From assembly GCA_965202585.1 (NCBI GenBank), contig OZ241827.1, positions 11,098,001 through 11,162,000 of the forward strand: a stretch of 64,000 bases of DNA. Direction: 5' to 3'. Positions 63,301 through 64,000 of this stretch are shown in pieces (positions within the stretch are counted from its first letter, which is position 1; every line of letters begins with the position of its first letter). The notes under the pieces were generated by a model. The model saw only the letters and a program-made list of their open reading frames with translations. It did no database searches and was not told the DNA's origin. The position numbers and the translations under genes were made by a program. Source of the DNA: Thalia democratica (taxonomy: Eukaryota).

Positions 63301-64000
63301 TTTCTTAATCACCGTTTGTTTTTGTAAATATTTACCTAAACTTGTTGAAAAATTGCCTGCAAATTGTAAGTTATTTTGAAGTTTTGAATGTTTTTAAGTT
63401 AATTGGACCATTTCAAATTTACATACAAACACGCATATAAGAATAAATGACAGGTGTAAATACATATAATATATTACTTCTGTTAATAAATATTCGGAGT
63501 AATTCTTTTTTTCTAAACATTGTAATTATATGGTTTAGTTCATGAGCTATGGAAAACCATCTTAGAAATTATGAAAACTAATAAACGATGTTTGAACTTT
63601 TAACTGATGCTTTACAAAAACCTTTAAGAAGTTAATTATCTTTTTAGCATATTTTAAAGAAAAATGAAAGAATAAACATCACGATGCTAGACTCCTTTTT
63701 TTTTACTTTACAGAACATTTATGAGAATACTTCGATTAATTTAGTTCATAATTATAACTAAACAAACCTATAAAGTAAAAAATAAATATTAATATAAAAA
63801 CTGTAATTTTTTAAACGTTAAACATTGTATATATATATTTAATGTACTTCTGATAAAACTAAGCACTACAGAAAATGACAATTAACATTTTGTAAAAAAA
63901 CTTTTAAAACCTGGAACACCTACAATCTATATAATACTTCTTAATGTTAATAAAATTCCCCTAAACAACAACCAACCACTGCAACCCTGGTCCAGCCCGG
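223..64000 (-). CDS. Multi-exon gene (partial at both ends): giant vWA-cbEGF-(FN3)x>=32 extracellular protein
   Basis: 69 GC-richer exons bounded by AG/GT (one GC). Intron phases are compatible throughout, giving about 3,305 uninterrupted codons. FN3 hallmarks recur: W in strand B, Y/F in strand C, L.P.T.Y in strands E-F. Many N-x-S/T sequons. Confidence 0.93.
659..800 (-). CDS. Exon 68, FN3-31 second half
   Basis: FQNIYLAPEITSYTLENLKPATDHVIEVTPYF...LVTT; phase 0-1; donor GTTTGT. Confidence 0.92.
1106..1254 (-). CDS. Exon 67, FN3-31 first half (B)
   Basis: QMGKISMEVDHVTNSSISAKWTL...LAGYRLQAF...TQRQ; phase 1-0; donor GTTGGT. Confidence 0.88.
1589..1717 (-). CDS. Exon 66, FN3-30 second half
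   Basis: GAENTFPLVELKPGTKYSARLIG...YKFIT; phase 1-1; donor GTTTGT. Confidence 0.9.
2091..2252 (-). CDS. Exon 65, FN3-30 first half (A)
   Basis: KKVPVIEKLWSVKTGHTTALLMWNV...EFKLEI...VKYL; phase 1-1; donor GTTTGC. Confidence 0.88.
2623..2767 (-). CDS. Exon 64, FN3-29 second half
   Basis: ETKWRNMPAISEYFEFVNEVIPGLEYTFEVRPVHG...TIDI; phase 0-1; donor GTCAGT. Confidence 0.88.
3303..3543 (-). repeat. 87-bp tandem triplication spanning the exon 63 donor
   Basis: Three copies of ACGTCATA(C/T)..TTAAATATTACCC..GCGAACAACCAA...TGCAAG/GTT with exact 87-nt period. Confidence 0.95.
3477..3631 (-). CDS. Exon 63, FN3-29 first half (B)
   Basis: SYAEIKFKVVELLPNSVILTWQP...LTSYMFKYYPTQCANNQLSEICK; phase 1-0; donor GTTAGT; in-frame alternative donors would extend the exon to 3390 and 3303. 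Confidence 0.87.
3922..4032 (-). CDS. Exon 62, FN3-28 second half (GC donor)
   Basis: KWKLVEDLNSSRNYSVKVLAIT...ADVFI; phase 1-1; the only phase-1 donor available is A/GCTAGT. Confidence 0.82.
4391..4588 (-). CDS. Exon 61, FN3-28 first half (A)
   Basis: KRLPKITSMNFNNVTFDSFNVTWSV...YYDVTGYVVRV...PDFE; phase 1-1; donor GTATGA. Confidence 0.9.
4841..4982 (-). CDS. Exon 60, FN3-27 second half
   Basis: QTPKHHTVKSNTKHLKGLDANTDYDVTITPVF...HITT; phase 0-1; donor GTTTGT. Confidence 0.92.
5211..5365 (-). CDS. Exon 59, FN3-27 first half (B)
   Basis: SFGDTFADYFNVTSSSVTLNM...FSYYDVTVSKV...SVEQ; phase 1-0; donor GTATGA. Confidence 0.88.
5626..5896. mobile_element. Putative MITE with imperfect TIRs
   Basis: GTCGGCTGCAGATCTAACG (5630-5648) versus CGTTACAACTGCAGCCGAC (5874-5892); interior has GGTTAGGGTTGAGGG, CTGATTGG and ATTTGCAT; no clear target duplication. 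Confidence 0.5.
6009..6122 (-). CDS. Exon 58, FN3-26 second half
   Basis: NRFTANDLKTDQEYILTIKGV...IRIKT; phase 1-1; donor GTAAGT. Confidence 0.9.
6347..6529 (-). CDS. Exon 57, FN3-26 first half (A)
   Basis: KSVPDIESYKVEELTQNYFEISWLV...EKYQVAL...YELT; phase 1-1; donor GTACAA. Confidence 0.88.
7366..7546 (-). CDS. Exon 56, FN3-25 second half
   Basis: LGETKRVVEQAPTVEVVTLENLEPGTDYSVTVSPMY...EATT; phase 0-1; donor GTTTGT. Confidence 0.92.
7912..8039 (-). CDS. Exon 55, FN3-25 first half (B)
   Basis: KIRSVRVNLVKTTENSITLSL...LTGYQIEYQKTTDE; phase 1-0; donor GTACTG. Confidence 0.87.
8184..8306 (-). CDS. Exon 54, FN3-24 second half
   Basis: EKRSFPMENINPDSNHKVEIKVV...TEFRT; phase 1-1; donor GTATTT. 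Confidence 0.88.
8600..8785 (-). CDS. Exon 53, FN3-24 first half (A)
   Basis: KMLPSVERLEVSDIRDIVAKLTWKL...FKLYFW...YNLD; phase 1-1; donor GTGAGT. Confidence 0.9.
9399..9537 (-). CDS. Exon 52, FN3-23 second half
   Basis: SMEVREKTSQNYFYFDKLSPNTFYTATLTTLYG...TFKT; phase 0-1; donor GTGAGT. Confidence 0.92.
9942..10102 (-). CDS. Exon 51, FN3-23 first half (B)
   Basis: RLGELSFDFEGSLETTEEGIVFGWER...YNYELLITW...HNR; phase 1-0; donor GTAACA. Confidence 0.87.
10367..10486 (-). CDS. Exon 50, FN3-22 second half
   Basis: APGELVIEGLEPDTTYDYDANL...VEFTT; phase 1-1; donor GTTTGA. Confidence 0.9.
10632..10817 (-). CDS. Exon 49, FN3-22 first half (A)
   Basis: KINRSIGEINVVNIDPFTVKVFVHL...PTGFRIV...GTFEP; phase 1-1; donor GTCAGT. 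Confidence 0.87.
11239..11398 (-). CDS. Exon 48, FN3-21 second half
   Basis: KDTVVNQGPDFWGGVIDLKFEELTPGTNYAINVTSIY...SART; phase 0-1; donor GTGAAT. Confidence 0.9.
13209..13375. mobile_element. hAT-type MITE, 167 bp
   Basis: Perfect 15-bp TIR TAGTGATGTACCGGA / TCCGGTACATCACTA; identical 8-bp flanks GTTTAAAC (13201-13208, 13376-13383); interior full of TCCGG/CCGGA motifs. Confidence 0.8.
13422..13561 (-). CDS. Exon 47, FN3-21 first half (B)
   Basis: QVEKLNVRVLETTSSSIAIDWEH...YEYRVHV...DAPP; phase 1-0; donor GTGCGT. Confidence 0.9.
14042..14161 (-). CDS. Exon 46, FN3-20 second half
   Basis: SDSSYIVIEHLTPDTDYDVTVVL...NFTT; phase 1-1; donor GTACGT. Confidence 0.9.
14499..14603. mobile_element. 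Possible tiny MITE, TA-flanked
   Basis: TATTACCCGGTTTCAG ... CTGAAACCGAGTAGTA, 14/16 inverted match. Confidence 0.35.
14761..14925 (-). CDS. Exon 45, FN3-20 first half (A)
   Basis: KLTPSVVDLKVHDVTKDKCLVTWEV...MEFV; phase 1-1; donor GTGAGT. Confidence 0.9.
15333..15471 (-). CDS. Exon 44, FN3-19 second half
   Basis: ISTERFMPQQTSHTVKGLSTATKYKIEITPFF...EMYT; phase 0-1; donor GTATGT. Confidence 0.9.
15844..15983 (-). CDS. Exon 43, FN3-19 first half (B)
   Basis: SLGETTVELSEPTTSSLYVKWTT...LTHYQMNVY...QYEQ; phase 1-0; donor GTTTTT. Confidence 0.87.
16328..16525 (-). CDS. Exon 42, FN3-18 second half (with insertion)
   Basis: SAFKLRNLEPSTLYSVSIAAII...KEQFIT; 198 nt; phase 1-1; donor GTTAGT. Confidence 0.85.
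16780..16956 (-). CDS. Exon 41, FN3-18 first half (A)
   Basis: KPNPEMESLKVDSVHHTSANISWNY...EKFQLVV...LDRY; phase 1-1; donor GTAAGT. Confidence 0.9.
17423..17570 (-). CDS. Exon 40, FN3-17 second half
   Basis: ESGYDLGLDPGQNLITFTDLEPDTEYSIMFTP...LAKT; phase 0-1; donor GTTAGT. Confidence 0.9.
18010..18134 (-). CDS. Exon 39, FN3-17 first half (B)
   Basis: KVPELNVKTIKTTTGTITVAWTDD...ESKNE; phase 1-0; donor GTAACT. Confidence 0.88.
18609..18728 (-). CDS. Exon 38, FN3-16 second half
   Basis: TDQEVTGLYPDTKYKATLTYY...VDFET; phase 1-1; donor GTTACA. Confidence 0.9.
19199..19375 (-). CDS. Exon 37, FN3-16 first half (A)
   Basis: PDKLEITSLGAYDVAFSTASLKWNV...LESPY; phase 1-1; donor GTAAGT. Confidence 0.9.
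20847..20997 (-). CDS. Exon 36, FN3-15 second half
   Basis: RKRMTVDSSQRQLTIENLDSETEYEVHLTTHY...ITTEYFE; phase 0-1; donor GTTAAA. Confidence 0.87.
21494..21633 (-). CDS. Exon 35, FN3-15 first half (B)
   Basis: AYEPVEITDIFSEEDTVTLEWRVEDEGDIRNYSVLYF...DGEH; phase 1-0; donor GTTTGT. Confidence 0.88.
22343..22481 (-). CDS. Exon 34, FN3-14 second half
   Basis: PMPIPIHGSTHERRLYRLRENTTYAIEVTPMFG...HITT; phase 0-1; donor GTGATT. Confidence 0.9.
22535..23020 (-). repeat. Duplications of the exon 33 3' end, donor and adjacent intron
   Basis: TACTACAGGGAAAACGATCCCACTGA(C/T)AGG/GTTGGA repeated at 22889; CCACTGACAGG/GTTAGA at 22680; intronic CACCTTGCAGA.TCTAATAAAGGTATATGTG occurs twice. Confidence 0.9.
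22987..23123 (-). CDS. Exon 33, FN3-14 first half (B)
   Basis: KAEKVDIEVMDVSKHQMFVRWSLEN...KYLLSYYRENDPTDR; phase 1-0; donor GTTGGA. Confidence 0.88.
23487..23600 (-). CDS. Exon 32, FN3-13 second half
   Basis: TAFELKHLMMDHVYTVSVGG...KAFKT; phase 1-1; donor GTAAGA. Confidence 0.9.
23783..23962 (-). CDS. Exon 31, FN3-13 first half (A)
   Basis: RLKVPRIESMSIESTSPISAWVRWKV...YDVMY...ENTK; phase 1-1; donor GTGGTT, or the in-frame GTTTGC 3 nt further. Confidence 0.88.
24323..24479 (-). CDS. Exon 30, FN3-12 second half
   Basis: SSGVKSVKAG...VTLTELEPNTNYNIRISPVV...QAKT; phase 0-1; donor GTTGGT. Confidence 0.9.
24721..24884 (-). CDS. Exon 29, FN3-12 first half (B)
   Basis: PKTITSDIRVEVTSKRATSLTLNM...ISGYEISYWPQVDEEEESGEDSGE; phase 1-0; donor GTGTGT. 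Confidence 0.88.
25314..25464 (-). CDS. Exon 28, FN3-11 second half
   Basis: VTGLPFIQKLSSDTNDYEITDLQADRTYEIKLTPYY...RIST; phase 0-1; donor GTTTTA. Confidence 0.88.
25907..26037 (-). CDS. Exon 27, FN3-11 first half (B)
   Basis: KRRTIKVKASSSSNSIDLSWESEEDEDTSGFEIEY...DGE; phase 1-0; donor GTTTTA. Confidence 0.88.
26192..26305 (-). CDS. Exon 26, FN3-10 second half
   Basis: DRIMIDNLEANSLYTIKVEVV...ETFET; phase 1-1; donor GTTTGT; a decoy acceptor copy lies upstream at 26404. Confidence 0.88.
26306..26404 (-). pseudogene. Truncated duplicate of the exon 26 5' half, with its own acceptor
   Basis: TTTTCAG/AT GAT CAT ATT AGG... encodes DHIRIDNFKANLLYTIKVEVVK* versus the true exon DRIMIDNLEANSLYTIKVEVVT. 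Confidence 0.85.
27180..30300. repeat. Degenerate intronic tandem array, 4-5 units of about 0.45-1 kb
   Basis: Recurrent TTTGTAC-n-GTCGG block at 27321, 27771, 28752, 29404 and 30120. The last four are each preceded about 220-230 nt upstream by a CT(C/T)(C/T)CA..(A/G)TGG-like block and about 100 nt upstream by TGACGT. Confidence 0.7.
30635..30814 (-). CDS. Exon 25, FN3-10 first half (A)
   Basis: ELETPQPTIMSIRVNEDSTSAEVTWKT...FYNVEYW...KKVE; phase 1-1; donor GTATGT. Confidence 0.9.
31042..31183 (-). CDS. Exon 24, FN3-9 second half
   Basis: TETKTIRSTEKEFVLSNVTSNTNIQFEITDIY...KTVRT; phase 0-1; donor GTTTGC. Confidence 0.87.
31595..31767 (-). CDS. Exon 23, divergent FN3-9 first half (B)
   Basis: AWNKNSETTVNKTETVQTIRTTTSRIVIKF...KITYFYKDGTTK; phase 1-0; donor GTAATA. 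Confidence 0.8.
32285..32404 (-). CDS. Exon 22, FN3-8 second half
   Basis: TSLQLTGLENGKEYQLRIVAID...VFTYK; phase 1-1; donor GTAAGT. Confidence 0.9.
32828..32998 (-). CDS. Exon 21, FN3-8 first half (A)
   Basis: TAEKIEIGDIYIEQNEQGNTIYWEV...QEVVTA; phase 1-1; donor GTTAGC. Confidence 0.88.
33358..33496 (-). CDS. Exon 20, FN3-7 second half
   Basis: GTELVFDASTNEHTFSDLEFATEYTFEITPKY...TFVT; phase 0-1; donor GTAAGT. Confidence 0.92.
33887..33996. repeat. 110-bp dispersed copy, inverted relative to 40173-40282
   Basis: About 4 mismatches in 110 nt by eye against the reverse complement of 40173-40282. Confidence 0.85.
34056..34180 (-). CDS. Exon 19, FN3-7 first half (B)
   Basis: EAGQATMEFDKETNTLKWSVDEEEGLYEYKIFYKKIGSDKE; phase 1-0; donor GTATCA. 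Confidence 0.88.
34512..34650 (-). CDS. Exon 18, FN3-6 second half
   Basis: VTTYEFYANETEMMVRKLQPDTEYEIDVTPFY...LATT; phase 0-1; donor GTTTGT. Confidence 0.92.
35955..36285 (-). repeat. Three copies of the exon 17 3' end
   Basis: GAAGT(G/A)TT(T/C)ACTACTGCTAA(C/T)CC(A/T)ACTGA(A/G) at about 36251, 36156 and 35960. Confidence 0.9.
36251..36390 (-). CDS. Exon 17, FN3-6 first half (B)
   Basis: DFGDLWMKTKSNVVSIKLNWGM...KYLVEVFTTANPTE; phase 1-0; donor GTAAAT. Confidence 0.87.
38800..38938 (-). CDS. Exon 16, FN3-5 second half
   Basis: GFTTFVQKNVRIQKIENLLPESKYDVTITPIYG...TADT; phase 0-1; donor GTAAGC. Confidence 0.92.
39409..39542 (-). CDS. Exon 15, FN3-5 first half (B)
   Basis: AMGTVKARQSSSTITSFTLRWEV...LTGFEINY...SGEK; phase 1-0; weak donor AAG/GTCCTT is the only phase-0 GT before a stop. 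Confidence 0.82.
39990..40282. mobile_element. Fold-back/MITE-like element with about 38-bp terminal inverted repeats
   Basis: AATAAGTTACACAAAACATACAATTTCAAAAACACTAAA at the left end is the near-reverse complement of TTTAGTGCTTTTGAAATTGTGTGTCTTGTGTAACTTATT at the right end. Confidence 0.6.
40435..41173 (+). mobile_element. Tc1/mariner (pogo/Tigger-like) internally deleted element, 739 bp
   Basis: TIR CAGTGCTTCCTCGCTAATCCGG / CCGGATTAGCGAGGAAGCACTG; TA target duplication; three copies of CCTCGCTAATCCGG at the left end; 41-aa mini-ORF at 40763-40888. Confidence 0.85.
41668..41809 (-). CDS. Exon 14, FN3-4 second half
   Basis: ARKLKFGRNTVKTTIRYLKPNTKYSVSLYPVY...KTITT; phase 0-1; donor GTTTAA. 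Confidence 0.9.
42317..42450 (-). CDS. Exon 13, FN3-4 first half (B)
   Basis: TSSETKLRVNKPELTTFKSRWKAAY...EGKEEE; phase 1-0; donor GTTGGT. Confidence 0.85.
42988..43101 (-). CDS. Exon 12, FN3-3 second half
   Basis: SELSLTRLREGTRYQASVAAV...VQFNT; phase 1-1; donor GTTAGT. Confidence 0.9.
43467..43640 (-). CDS. Exon 11, FN3-3 first half (A)
   Basis: KLVPTVADLRAEDIGTKTATIKWSV...KRFTK; phase 1-1; donor GTTATT. Confidence 0.88.
44133..44274 (-). CDS. Exon 10, FN3-2 second half
   Basis: TKAKKFDSSVTSYNIENLEANTKYEAWVNPIYG...SEFT; phase 0-1; donor GTAGGA. Confidence 0.92.
44557..44634 (-). CDS. Candidate alternative first coding exon encoding a signal peptide
   Basis: AAAAAT-ATG, MKSALLRCTVFIIFATFANAIEYRRK, then a perfect AAG/GTAAGT donor in phase 0, matching the phase-0 acceptor of exon 10. 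Confidence 0.65.
49919..50076 (-). CDS. Exon 9, FN3-2 first half (type B)
   Basis: NFARTTIILYNATSNSLTARWQAGG...ITGYKLRW...DTEYK; phase 1-0; donor GTTAGT. Confidence 0.9.
50596..50709 (-). CDS. Exon 8, FN3-1 second half
   Basis: KKIDLSKLSPNTEYDFNVYSF...GKFKT; phase 1-1; donor GTAAGA. Confidence 0.92.
51189..51365 (-). CDS. Exon 7, FN3-1 first half (type A)
   Basis: KLVPPPVNLRFSSLRVTSSVAEWELP...GWKHKTVT; phase 1-1; donor GTTCGT. Confidence 0.9.
53784..53915 (-). CDS. Exon 6, calcium-binding EGF domain
   Basis: DVDECLVGTHECAQICVNTFGGYECACNEPERFYVSYQDGTSCH; six Cys, DxDEC and CxNxxGGYxC consensus; phase 1-1. Confidence 0.95.
54800..55130. promoter_or_regulatory. CpG/GC-enriched intronic block, candidate enhancer
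   Basis: GC rises well above the surrounding intron with no FN3/EGF coding; near-palindrome TAATCCAAATTGGATTA plus a further TAATCC. Confidence 0.3.
55927..55988 (-). CDS. Exon 5, vWA C-terminus
   Basis: YDEFGSIRLEALHIGDDVEC; phase 2-1; donor GTGAGT. Confidence 0.88.
56149..56249 (-). CDS. Exon 4, vWA domain
   Basis: DSGAKLYVVAVGSSVNATELEEIASKPSSKYLH; phase 0-2; donor GTATAT. Confidence 0.9.
58072..58238 (-). CDS. Exon 3, vWA domain (MIDAS Thr and Asp region)
   Basis: GTMTGKAL...KVVLLTDGRSQD...QRVIK; phase 1-0; donor GTGAAT. Confidence 0.92.
59280..60000. promoter_or_regulatory. CpG-rich intronic block, candidate cis-regulatory module or repeat remnant
   Basis: Dense CG dinucleotides (GCGCGG, GCGCGC, GCCGCGCC), ACATCAAAG, TGTTTAC and CACGTG; no compatible exon found. 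Confidence 0.3.
62288..62390 (-). CDS. Exon 2, vWA domain
   Basis: IQYGSIIKEEISLGEYQDKTSLKAAIDDIKFMCG; phase 0-1; donor GTAAAT. Confidence 0.9.
63977..64000 (-). CDS. Exon 1 (partial), vWA domain
   Basis: PGWTRVAV, donor GTTGGT, phase 0. Joins the next exon to give the vWA motif TRVAVIQY. Confidence 0.75.

Noticed and set aside
55927-64000. Assigning a symbol such as COL12A1, COL14A1, MATN, TNC or FN1
   Set aside because: The domain order matches none of these, and the termini are outside the window
1-64000. tRNA, rRNA or snRNA genes
   Set aside because: No recognisable cloverleaf, A/B boxes or conserved RNA motifs were seen by eye; a covariance-model search would be needed to exclude them

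Overview
This is very AT-rich eukaryotic (animal) genomic DNA. Most of the window is one large minus-strand gene that runs off both ends. By hand I traced 69 exons in unbroken frame (about 9,916 nt, about 3,305 codons, no stops). They encode part of a von Willebrand A (vWA) domain, one calcium-binding EGF domain and at least 31.5 tandem fibronectin type III (FN3) domains, each split over two exons, so the product is a giant extracellular matrix/adhesion-type protein. I cannot assign a gene symbol. A tunicate/ascidian origin is only a guess from composition, TGACGTCA abundance and GTT donors. Almost all ORF-track hits are exon fragments with intron read-through, or antisense shadows. Most notable observations: (1) an un-tracked signal-peptide exon (44557-44634) inside intron 9, suggesting an internal promoter and a vWA/EGF-less secreted isoform; (2) repeated duplications of exon ends together with their splice sites, including an in-frame triple donor; (3) an A/B two-domain super-repeat defined by intron phase; (4) strong exonic enrichment of the palindrome TGACGTCA; (5) about 45% GTT-type donors and one GC-AG intron. 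The introns also hold several MITEs, an inverted repeat pair and a degenerate tandem array. Exon numbers are relative to this window, and all coordinates were counted by eye.
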